DNA from: Reclinomonas americana ATCC 50394
Lineage: Eukaryota
Direction: 5' to 3'
Length of the DNA: 64,000 bases
NCBI GenBank assembly: GCA_048213135.1
Contig: PS015122.1
Span: forward strand, 65,381-129,380
Shown: positions 35,834-46,997 of the stretch, in pieces
How positions within the stretch are numbered: position 1 is the stretch's first letter
Layout of the letters: each line of letters opens with the position of its first letter
The notes under the pieces: model-generated
The model's database searches: none
Seen by the model: the letters and a program-made list of their open reading frames with translations, nothing else
Told to the model about the DNA's origin: nothing
Made by a program: the position numbers and the translations under genes

Positions 35834-36656
35834 CAGCGTACACGACATGCCACGCTGCCTCTTGTAGATACGCACCGTGCAAGATGCACATCTTTCTGCG
35901 TGTTCGAGTGCAGACGACGAGAAACAGAGAGAACGACATGGCACACAGACACCGCTTCTTTCGACGTGCATGCATCGCTGACCAGCAGGGCTTGACAAAC
36001 GCAGAGAGACAATGCTCTGCTCTCTTCCCTGTTCGCCGTCGGAGTGCATGCGGCCAACGAAGAGAGAGAAAGAGGGAGAAGAGCACTTACTCTGCTTCTC
36101 CTCTCCGTCTCTCCTTCCACTGCATCTCATGTGCTATACGACCAACGAAGAGAGAACCGCTGACTCTGTCTCCTCCGCCTGAGTGCGACAACATTCTCTC
36201 CCCTCATTCTCACTTCCCCTTTGCTCTCCTCCACTCACCTTCCGTGTAATGCACATAGGGCGTCTTCGGCTCATCAATCTTCATCGTCGCCGACTTTTGC
36301 GCCTCATTCGTCATCAAATTGGCCTCATCCCACACCACAGCTCTCCTGCTCACACACGCACACACACACGCACGCACAAGAGTGATGAGTGATGTCATTC
36401 TCTCATTGAACACACACACACACAAGTGAGACCTTGCTCTCTCGCGTTTCGGCTTTGCCTTCGGTCTCTCTGCATCCCCACCAGCAGCTGCTGCTGTTGC
36501 TGCTGGAGGAGGAGGAGGAGGTAGTGTTGCTGCGCCTGCGCCATGCTCCACCACTGCACTCCCCTCTCCTCCTTCTGCGCCACTCATTCGCACATCGTCG
36601 TCGTCGTGCGCGTGCACAATCAGAATGCCCTTGGGCGGTCGCGAGGAAGATGCCAT
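34594..36656 (-). CDS. PPP1R2: Protein phosphatase 1 inhibitor-2
   Basis: KGIL motif, [18 protein letters not shown] and [11 protein letters not shown], the diagnostic inhibitor-2 motifs. Confidence 0.92.
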
Positions 36657-36819
36657 TGTTGCACACACTGCACAAAACGAAGAAGAGTGATATGATTGAG
36701 GAGCTGCTTGGTTGATCGGAAGATGCGCATGAATTCGCTCGAGTTGCAAGCTCACGTATCCGAGTCCGCTGGTTTGCTGTGGACGGGATCGGCTGCAGGG
36801 AAAGCACGGGCGAGGAGAG

Positions 36820-37017
36820 GAATTCGAGTTCACGGTTTGCGAATTCGCAAAGGTTGACCTTGAAGTTGGAAGTTGCAGTGTGCATGCGCTGTGAATCTGG
36901 CAGGTTCACGGACCCGTATCCCGTACATCTGTCTCGAGCGAAGGGTGGGCTCCAGCGGGTCCGGAAAAGCATGCAAGCGCATCTGCATTTGACTTCGGGA
37001 AATTTGAACTCGAATTC
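36820..37017. other. About 200-bp foldback element with 13-bp perfect terminal inverted repeats
   Basis: gaattcgagttca (36820-36832) pairs with tgaactcgaattc (37005-37017); internal 16-bp palindrome tttgcgaattcgcaaa at 36836-36851. Confidence 0.5.
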
Positions 37018-37353
37018 GATGGCGAAGTCGGGATCCACTGGTTTCTCAAATGCAAAGCTGCTCGTACAACACAGATCCGCTGCAGCTGCCCTTCACCGCA
37101 CAGACGGACAGAAAGCCGAGCCGCGACCAGATCCAATATTGATATTTGCGTTCTGTCGTCCGTCCGCCTCTGCATCCTTATACCCAGCGAGCTGCCCGCA
37201 GAATCCTCTCTTCCACTCGCCACGCCCTCCGCTGCAAGCAACAAAAGAAAGCCTCTCCTTTCTCCTCTTTGCATGAACATTCGTCGACTGGCAATCCGAA
37301 CTGAGCTCGAATTCACCGCACACACCGCGACACACACACAGAGTGAGTGAGAA

Positions 37354-37768
37354 ATGGCGTTTGTGGACTTTGTGGCACCGGCGCTTGAGTTCGCCAAGAA
37401 GGCGGTGGCGGACGATGAGGCCAAGGACTACCCAAATGCCTTTCAGAACTGTTGCGCGCACACATACACACACACATCTGACATTCTCTCTCTTTCACTC
37501 ACTGTGTGTGTGTGTAGACATGCGTTCCTCTGAGTACTTTCTCACGGCGATCAAGCATGAGAAGGCAGAGGCGCGCAAGCGGCAACTGGAGAGCAAATTG
37601 AAGGAGATTGTCACGCGCATGGAGGCCATTCGGGAGTTCCTCGATAAGCAGGCGCAGGAGGGCAGTGGCAGTGATGGAACGGCGATGAGGTGTGGAGATG
37701 ATGATGTACTCTTGTGTGTGTGAGGGAGGGAGAGGGAGGGAGGGAAGGGACGTGTGGGGCCGGACAAC

Positions 37769-37864
<96 letters not shown>

Positions 37865-39255
37865 NNNNNNNNNNNNNNNNNNNNTGCCGCAAGACGTGTC
37901 AAGACCGAGTTTCTGGTGCAGGTGGGTGCGAGGGTGTGGGGGGAGGGGAAGGGGATGGGTGGAAAGAGAGAGAAAGCAGGAAGGATCTTGATCTTGTGGG
38001 TGTTTGACTGATGTCTCATGGATCATGTTTCTATGCGTTTCTGAGGCTGTCCTCATTGGAGTCCTGTATGTGTGCATGTGTCTGCGTGTGCTTGGAGTTT
38101 GTGCGTGGTGATTTGTGTGTCATGTCTCATGGATCATGTTCTATGCGTTTCTGAGGCTGTTTTTATTGGAGTCCTGTCTGTGTGCGTGTGTCTGCGTGTG
38201 CTTGCGTGTGCTTGGAGTTTGTGCGTGGTGATTTGTGTGTCGTGTGACTTCATGTGGTGTCTTGTGTACGGACGCACCATTTGATTTGCGGCTGTCGTGT
38301 GTTCCCTGAGGCGATGACGCACCCGTGTGTCTGTGTTTGTATGTGTGGGTGTTTGTTTGCTCTCATGTGTTTCATCTGGGATCGCGTCCCTGGGGTTTGT
38401 GGGTGCTTGGCTGATGTTTATGTGTCGTACATCTGCGTTTGCGTTCTTTCGATCTTTGCTTCCCTCTCTCATCACCCTTCCCATCGTAACTTACACTCAT
38501 CATCCTAAATCTCGAACCCCCATTCCTTCAGGCGCACATTCGCTCCTCCATCGCTCCTCTCCCCTCTCTTTCCCATTCATTCTTCCCCTCATCACCCTTT
38601 CCCTTGTCTCATCACCCTTCCCCCTTCTTCCCCTCGTAGATGCAAGGTGTCGGCAAAACCAACGACGGCGTGCTGGTACTGGGCGCCACCAACCTTCCAT
38701 ACGACCTCGACCCGGCCATCAGGCGTCGTTTCGAGCGGCGTATTTACATTCCGCTGCCCGATCACCGCGCCCGCATGCGCATGTTCGAGATCCACATTGG
38801 GAGCACACCACACACGCTGAACATGGAGGATCTGGAGCGCTTGTCGGAGATGTCGGAAGGGTACTCGGGTTCCGATATCTCCGTGCTCGTGCGCAACGCG
38901 TTGATGGAGCCCATCCGCACGTGCCGAGTGGCCACACACTTCAAGCGCGTCGACTGTCCCGATCCCGCCAACCCCTCGGTGATGCTGCGCGGCAAGTACG
39001 TGCCGTGTTCGCCGGGCGATCCGCAAGGTACCGAAATGACATTGATGCAAGTGCCACCAGCGGATCTGTTGTGCCCGCCCGTCTCCATGGTTTGTTTCTC
39101 CTTCTCCTCTTTCTTCTTCTTCTTCTTCTTCTGTGCCTCACCGCGCAATGCAGGACGACTTCTTGAAAGCGGTTCGTACCGCCAGACCCTCGGTCAGTGC
39201 CAAGGACATTGAGTTGCACGATCGGTTCACGGAGGAGTTTGGCCAGGAGAGCTGA
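37354..39255 (+). CDS. VPS4: Vacuolar protein sorting 4 AAA ATPase (Walker A/B region missing in the N gap at 37865-37884)
   Basis: MIT domain (AKKAVADDEAKDY..EYFLTAIKHEK), RRVKTEFLVQ|MQGVG, VLVLGATNLPYDLDPAIRRRFERRIYIPLP, PCSPGDP and FTEEFGQES*. Confidence 0.95.
37772..37864. repeat. (AG)n microsatellite ending at an assembly gap
   Basis: Direct observation; similar tracts at about 54763-54813 and 58780-58833. Confidence 0.95.
38009..38240. repeat. Two tandem copies of a 112-120 bp unit in a VPS4 intron
   Basis: atgtctcatggatcatgtt..ctgaggctgt..ttggagtcctgt..cttggagtttgtgcgtggtgatttgtgtgt occurs twice. Confidence 0.9.
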
Positions 39256-40025
39256 GCACGCACGACGCGGAAAGAGAAAAACCTGTTTGACTGCTGTTTG
39301 TTTGAGGATGAAGACAATCGTGTACAGATTCGTGGGCAGAGTGGCAAGTGGGTTTTTCTTGACTTTACTTATTGATAGTCGACATGCGCTCGAGAAACGC
39401 ACCTACTGCCCGCGGCTGCAGAGCAACATCACACGGGTATTGCGGTAGATGCGTCGCCCTGTGCGACGACGTAACGAAGAGCGGAGAACGACAGACGCAA
39501 ACACAGGAGAGAGAGGGAGAGAGACTGACAGACAAACTTAACACGACGAGGAGCGCGCGCACGCACACACAAAAAACAAACACACACACACACACACTCA
39601 GAGACGCACGAAGAACGCGACTGACCATCCACGCACAACACGCGCCACGGACAGATTGATGCGCCACAGCGAAAATCCGCGAACGAGCTTGTGCCGATCG
39701 ATGCCTTGACGTGGGTGGGGGGGTCGAGGATCCTCTCCCACAACCACAACCACCACGCAAATGCCGCAACAANNNNNNNNNNNNNNNNNNNNNNCACACA
39801 CACACACATACTTGAGGCGCGCCACACTGCTCAAGAAAAAACGAGAGAAAGAGCGATAGGAAAGGAGACAAAATAGGTTATGGATAGATCGCAGAGAAGC
39901 ACAGAGATTAGGAATGCATCGCAACGTGTGTCCCGGCATAGCACGGGCACAGACACACACACACACACAGAATTGTTTCTTTTTTTGGTCCCCAAGGACC
40001 ACCACCATCACCACACGCCAACATA

Positions 40026-42743
40026 TTAGTCTACGGTGACCATGGCAGCTGCACTGGCTGCTGAAGACAGCTCCGCCAGCCCACTGCCGGCACTCATCTG
40101 GTGCACACCTTCGCGCACAACGAGCGCGTACCCGGCACCGAGTCTGGCCTCGCACCGTTGCAGGGCCATGTCCAGGTTGGCGACAAACAGATTCATGTCG
40201 GACCAGCCCTCCTCTTCCACCAACACCTGGCACACGTGCTGCAGGCCACGCGCCGACCAGCAGTACTTGAGGGCGAGTCGGTGCAGGAACAGCCGCGTGT
40301 CGGTCGCACCCGGCACAAGCGGGGCACTGTCCTCAAAAATGCCACTGCCCGAGGCCTGTGGCGGGTGAGGAGTAGCAAGTGAGAAGAAGAAGAAGAAGAA
40401 AGAGAGAAAAAAGAGAAGGGTNNNNNNNNNNNNNNNNNNNNCGGGAAGGACGAGTCGGAATCCGAGTCGATGCCATCGCCCTGCTGGGCAATGGCCGCCG
40501 CTGCACGGCTCTTGGACTGGCGTTTCGGCAAGCGACCAGAGGCGGCCGGACCGAGACCCAGCGTCATCGAGGGCGCACGCTGCTTCTTGGTGGAGCTGCT
40601 GACATTGTTTGGTGACGGAGCCGTCTGTGGACAACTCGAGTCAGCGCCAAGTGAAGGAAAGAAACGACATCAGATTCCCCTCGGCGACGACAAGTAGACA
40701 ACTGACAGCAACTCCCCTCTATCACGCCTCCCCCATGTCTCGCGCACAGCAGTTGGGGGCAAGAGAGAGAGACAGACAGAGAGAGAGAACGGCGGGAGAC
40801 CACTGTTGTGATGCGAAATTGCAATCGGACACGAATGCAAGACGGCCTCTCTGCATGCGTCGGGGCGAGATGGGCGACCCCCACAGCAAGACAACTAGCC
40901 ACACCTACTCTTCCCCGCCTCAACTCATCGCAACTGCCCTACTCGGTGCGTGTCGGATAAATACACCCAAATGCACAAGTGGTTTGCACAGCACATGTGC
41001 GCGCGTCCCCTCATTCTCTCCCGCCCGCGCCCTCCCCCTCCCCAGGGAATCTGCACACGCAACTTGCCGCGACGGCGTGTTCTTGAGCTGTGTCAGCGAC
41101 GCCATGGCCTCCAGGTCGCTGGTGGTGATCGACTGCGCGTGTCGATACGGGGAAAATGTCGCCGCCACCACGTTCGCCGCCTCGAGCACATCGGGATCGT
41201 GCTGCATCATAAACGCCGGCGACGCAGAGGACGAGACCGACATGTTGATAGTGCCGCCGGCCAGCATCGCAGTGGCCGAGGGCGATGCAGAAGGAGGTTG
41301 CATGACGGGTCGAGCCGGAGGCGATCCGCCATTGCGGAGTTGCGTGGCGTAGCGTTGCGCGTACGAGATCAACTCGCCGAGCGTGTCGTGCGAGATAACC
41401 TCGACACGCGCCCCTCCACTGCCGCCCTTGCGAACCACAATGCTGCAGACGAAGGAGAAGAAAGAAGAGTCAAAAACACGCGCGCACAATGCCACGAATG
41501 GTCAACCCGAGATTCCCCCACGCTGTCTCGGGTATTTCGACCACGCACCAGTTCTCGTTCTTGAGCTTCTCGCGCAGCGTCAGCGACAGGTCCTTGTACT
41601 GAATGAACTTGGTGTTGACCGATGTCGACGTGGCGATGCTCTGCAGCTCCTGCGCCGCACGTTCCCACTCACTCGCCGAATCGAGCCCACCGAATTGTTG
41701 CGCTGCAGACAAAAAAACATGCAAAACACACGGCGCCTACAAGTCAGCTCCATCATGAACGCAACTTGCACACACACCAAGAAAGTGGAAAGGCAGTACA
41801 CATAAAAGTGACGCTGAACAGAACCAAAATGCACATCAGTGACGCGTGCAGACACCCACAGACACACACAGACACGCAACACACGCGATGCTCGACATGC
41901 GCACAACACGCAAAAAGCGACACAAACACAAAGTCAAAAGAGAAGGAGAGCATCGGAACTTGTGAGGAAATGCAACTCGAATATCAAACACGGCGAAACG
42001 AGGCACGCGAGAAAGACACACAACAGGAGCAACACATGCAAACGCACGCGAGAGAACCGAGCGCGTTTGTGTGCTTTTTTGTGTGTTTGCACCAGAGATC
42101 ATGGTGGACATCTCGCGACGCACTCTTTTTTGTGTTTGCCCACACACACACGCACGTGTGCGATGCAAAACGCTCTTGTGTAAAGGGGAGTAAACGCACC
42201 TCTTCTGCGCGAGCCTCCACTCGGCTGTGGCATGTCGTAGTCGTCGGCACCGGCGTCCGCATCGTCACTGCGCGTTGTCTGTGTGTGTGTTAAGGCGCAC
42301 CTCTAAGTGTGTGAGTCGTCGGGAGAATTTGACTGGGCGCTTGTGTGTGCTTGCGCGCAACATCAAAGTGCTGGTGGTGCATGTGCGTGCGAGGGCGCAG
42401 GTCGAACTCGGCCAGCACGACGGCCTGGCGTGGGTCGAGTGGTGGAAGTGGAGGCAGTGGCGATGCGCGATCGTCTGCCAACACCGACACCCCGCTGTTC
42501 ACTGCTGCTGCTGGTGGAGGTGGAGGTGGAGGCGGTTGTTGTGTAGAGGCAGAGGCGGCAGCGCTGTTTGCGGCGTTGATGAATGCCATGATGGCGGGTG
42601 AAGGCTGCATTTGGTGCAGGAGGCCCGTAGTTGGAGGCGAGTGGCCAGTCACCAGCATGCCTGCGGTTGTGGTGGTAGTGGAGGAGTGGGAGTGGTGGTG
42701 TGATGGAAGCGTTGAAAGGCCGGGGTCCGAGGAGCTCGCCATG
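40026..42743 (-). CDS. Hypothetical multi-exon protein (low-complexity N-terminus, two globular-looking segments)
   Basis: Coding-like exons bounded by GT-AG: MASSSDPG..AEFDLRPRT; EWERAAQEL..NENWCVVEIPETAWGNLGLTIR; RLFLHRLALKYCWS..VREGVHQM. No family recognised. Confidence 0.6.
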
Positions 42744-43006
42744 CTCATCGCCTAGACACACACACAAACGCGCTACACCGCCGATCGCTCTGTGGCAAAG
42801 TGAGTGCGTGGGATCGGTGTGCGGAGTGTGTGTGAGGTGCGGTGCGCTCACCAAAACGAAGAGGAAACCAACAGACAAAGGGTGGGACGGACAGTGACGG
42901 TCAACTGCGGGTTTCGTTTGCCGTCAATGCGCCCCGTTCAACACACAAATGCGATCGATGTATGTCGTGGACAACTCGACGTGAGCGAGCATCGGAAAAT
43001 AAAATT

Positions 43007-46000
43007 TCATTTTGCGTTTCCCGTCGTTGGATCGTAATGCACCACCTCGGGCTCCCGCTGCAACCGCAACCTCCCTTCTTCTTCTTCCTCCCACACCTCC
43101 ACCGTCAGCACACCGCGCTCGGCCTGATCGTCGGACCGCACCACACGCCACGGTCGGCCGTTGCGTGCGATGCGCACCGGTACACCGGCCAGCAGGCCGC
43201 GACCATTGTCGACGCGCAACGAGTACGCCAGCGGGGCGACGAATTCGGCTCCGTGCAGTGCCCGCTGATCAAAGGCCCACCAGCTGCCTTCGTCGGCGCG
43301 GTCGTGCAGCGTGACCGAGGCCAGGTGCTCACGGCTGGTGCGCAAGCGGACGTGCAGGAGGAGGCCACCGCGACGGGCGCGCAGACAGCAAAAGCCCGGC
43401 GGCGCGTGTGGCGGCGTCGGTTCCAGTATCCACTCGCTGCCGTCGCTCGGAGCGCCGCCCTCGTCCAGTTGCACGAGAGCTGTCTCGTCCAACTTGCTGC
43501 GCGCCTTGGACTGCCGCACGTGCAGGTAGCGACCGGTGAGCACATTCCGTACAACCACGACCATTTTCTCGTCCGCCGACGACGCGGATGGTGCATGACG
43601 CAGCGGTGCCTCTATCGCCCACTGACCGGCGCCGCCAATGGTGCACACGGCGGCGTCGTTGACGTCGGCGTGCGCCACATCCAGCTGATCGCGACCCAGA
43701 TCCACTCCCGTGCTGGTCACGGTTCGCGCCACGCCGACCAGCGCACGCTGCTCGCGCGCACAGCGCAAGGCGCACACGGCACCCATTTCCAAGTAGCCGT
43801 GGACACGGATGCTGAGCGCGAAGGCGTCGAGACACCACATCTCGTCGTGGCAGCGCAGCTCACCAGCGCGCGCCAAGTAAATGTGCGGCGTGACCTCGGC
43901 ACGCCCGTCGGGACGGTGCCGGAGGCTGATGTGAAAGTGCGGACCACACAGTCGGCCGTTGCCCCAGTCGTCGTGCAGAGGATTGTTCGCCTCGAAGCCC
44001 ATGAGCTTGACGCGCCCGACCACGGTGGGGGTGACCCAGTTGGAGTCCAGCAGCGCCTCGCGCGCGGCAAACATCCAACTGTGAGCGGCCGCGGCCTGCA
44101 CAGCCAGCGCCTGTGCGTCGTTGTTTCGCAACGCGCCATATCCGCCGGCCGTGCGCGGCGCCCACCATGGTTCCGCCGGCGTGCGATGCGCCACAAAGTG
44201 TTCCACTCGCGTGAAAATGTCGGCCGCATTCTCGCGCAACATGGTGTGCACCTCCACCGCTCCCCACGGTCCTCGGTAGGACGGAACGCGTGGCGGTCGC
44301 CCGCTCAGTAGAAGCGGTACACTCGCCTCGACCCAACCGTCTTCGCCATTCGGCGTCAAGTGCATCGACGTGCGCTGCCGATACTCGGGTCCACTGCTCC
44401 ACACCAACTGCAGCGGCTCGTCGTTCCACCGCAGACGAATGTTGGCGACGGCCGCGTCGTGGCGGAACCCGACGAGGAAGAACACCAGTTCGTGGTCCGA
44501 AAGAATGGCGTACTGGAAGGCCGAGGCGCGGAGTGTGGCGGCGTCGGGGAGGCGCGAGACGAGATTACGGTCGGCGAGGAACAGGCGCAGGGAGTGTGTG
44601 TCGATGACTTCGATTTCGGGGCCGTCGGTGTCGGGGTCAGCGGGTGGGGCAGCGGCGGCGGCAGTGGCTGCAGAAGTGGTGGTGGTGCTGGGGCGGATCA
44701 CGCGACAGCATTGCCAGTGGACGCTGGACGGAGAGAGAGGGAGGGGTGAGGGAGGAAGAAGGACAAGGAGAAGGTGAACCATCAAGTAGAGAGAGGCACG
44801 CAACTCTGCATCGGTGAATCCTGGCGGAGAGAGAACCTGCGGTGGTGGCAGCGGTGAGTGCTTACACTACATTGGCCTGTGCGTCGCGTCACAGGAGACG
44901 AGCTCACCAGCGGTGAAAACGTCTGCGGAGCAACAAAGCACCAGTATCAGTACAAGCAGAGTCGATAGACAACACTCGACACATTACGCACGGCTTTGTG
45001 TGTCGGCGATCCACTGGTGACGTACTCCAACGATGCACCACGCTGCTTCATCACCAGCAGAAAGTTGTACGTGACATCGGCGAGAACCTCGGAAGCGATC
45101 TCTGAAGAGCAGAGGGTGGGCGCAGGGAGACAACTGCCAGCTCGTCACGGCCACCACCCACGCACCGTGCAACAAGGCCTCGCCCAGTCCCGTGACACAC
45201 GCACCATGCGAGACGAGAAGCAGATCGTCGTCGGGGAACGCACGCAGGAGCTCGTTGAGTGTCGCAAGCGCCCGGGCGCTGCATTCATCGGCGGTCTCCG
45301 CCGCAAACGGCTTGTCCACAACGCTCATGTCGACTGGCGGCGGCATGTCAGTGACCAACGAACGCCCCTTCACGGAGGGAAAGATCGATCGCCTCACCGC
45401 CAGCTGGAAACGGCGTCCACTCGGGCTCGTTGGGCACAGTCGCCGAATCCAGCGTGGGAACACCTTTGCGGAACATCAGAGGCGTAAGCAGCTCCCCAAT
45501 GCCCTGCGAGCCACACCATGAGTTGTCCGCCAAACAACAAGGATCGATACAAACAAGCACGCAACTCGCGCCAAGTGTGCACCAATCACATGCACATTCG
45601 CCGCTGCAGCTTGCCATGAGGACGAGAAAGAGAGAGAGAGAGAGAGAGAGGCTATGAATAGGCGCGCAACGATCGATAGCAGAGAGCACGGCAGTGGCGG
45701 TGTGTCGTGTGCGCAGGAATGGACTGCAGATGAGACGCAGTGGTCGAGGGGAGGAGGCCTCGTGGTGAGCGGCGAGAAGGGAGCGGATGACGTGGCCCAT
45801 GTGGAGACTGTGTCTCTCGCCGCGCTCGGTCATGGGAGTGTCGTCTGTCGTGGCAAGAGTGAAGAGTGAGAGCGGGAAGAAGAGAGATGCATGATGTGTT
45901 TGTGTGTGACTGGCGCACAGGGGTGTGGTGCCTGGTACTTCCATAGGTGGTCGATGTGGTCGCGTCGCTCTCCGTGGCGGAGGATGAACACCAGGCGGCC

Positions 46001-46009
46001 GTCGCTCAT
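43007..46009 (-). CDS. Fusion gene: histidine phosphatase (RHG) + unknown His-rich domain + beta-trefoil/ricin-B-like module
   Basis: MSDGRLVFILRHGERRD, ICSPFLRT, GIGE and LLLVSHG, joined in frame through introns 44923-44991, 44837-44907 and 44724-44804 to the 1.7-kb exon 43007-44723. Confidence 0.75.
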
Positions 46010-46465
46010 GGTGGAAGGGACGACGGAGGAAAAAAGGTGGGCGAGGACAACAGCGGAAGGGACAAATGAGGGTCAGCTTGGCAGACATCAACGAGCTTCG
46101 CTGGCAGGCACAGCGCGGGGTGGATGCTTGACTGTTGCCTGCGATCGCCAGCGACGTGCTGCAACAAGGATCGAGTACGAAATTGACTCAACCAATGCAT
46201 CACTGCGACTTCTCAAGCTCCTTACGCGACGCTGCGCCTCGGATGAGTGTCACTCTGCTGTGCTGCACAGATGCCGTCTCAAGGCATCGATCGCTGCAAC
46301 ATCAGGATTGGTTTTTGAGTGCGATCGCATGCGATATCGATTTCAATGAGGTGTGCGCTCTGCTGCTGCATCCGGATCCTGCAGAGTGGCTGGTGGCGTG
46401 AGGCTGCACGGAAAGGGCGTTCCATGTGTGCTGCCGTCGATCGAAAACACCGGGTGGGAGGCAGG

Positions 46466-46792
46466 CTATGCATGGGTGTCGATTTCACGATCGATATCGC
46501 AGCGAGTGAGTTTCACAAGGAGCTGCGATCGTGATGTACGTGCGGGGAACACCACCCATCCACGCACCAGCATCACCACAGTGTCCTCCTTGCCGTCGAA
46601 CTCACGTGCACTGTCGTCGATGAGCGAGAAGCCACTCGTCGAGCCCAAATCACGATCGCGATGGTCATGGAGAGCCCTCTTCTCCGGGTTGATCCGCTTC
46701 GTGTACCGCACGCAACGCACCGGCAGAACTTTGCGAAGAGCGTCCATCTGGTCGCCACGAGTGGTGCAGCTAGTTGTGTCACGCTCCGCCAT
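46466..46792 (-). CDS. Possible small hypothetical protein (may be spliced and extend further)
   Basis: Open frame MAERDTT..MDALRKVLPVRCVRYTKRINPEKR..DTVVMLV with coding-like composition; no homology recognised. Confidence 0.25.
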   Translation of the reverse strand: MAERDTTSCTTRGDQMDALRKVLPVRCVRYTKRINPEKRALHDHRDRDLGSTSGFSLIDDSAREFDGKEDTVVMLVRGWVVFPARTSRSQLLVKLTRCDIDREIDTHA

Positions 46793-46997
46793 GACTGAGA
46801 AGTTTACACAAGAAACGGCGACGGCGACGGACAACTGGCTGTCGACGTTTGCAGCGTGCTCCACCACCACGCTACTGCTCCACTTCTACAGTCTCCCACC
46901 AACACATCGCTTCGCTCCACGCAACTTTGTTTTTTCCGACCCAGCAGGACAAATCAATTTTTGTTCCGACATTGTCGCACGCCAAGACAACCCCACC

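Noticed and set aside
42842-44311. 489-aa plus-strand ORF
   Set aside because: Antisense shadow of the GC-rich minus-strand exon; Arg/His-rich with no motifs.
44724-44803. Apparent signal peptide at the start of the 598-aa ORF
   Set aside because: It starts at TTG inside a pyrimidine-rich GT-AG intron.
45335-45400. Apparent frameshift in the histidine phosphatase
   Set aside because: Resolved by a canonical GTGAGG..CACTGAC..CCAG intron.
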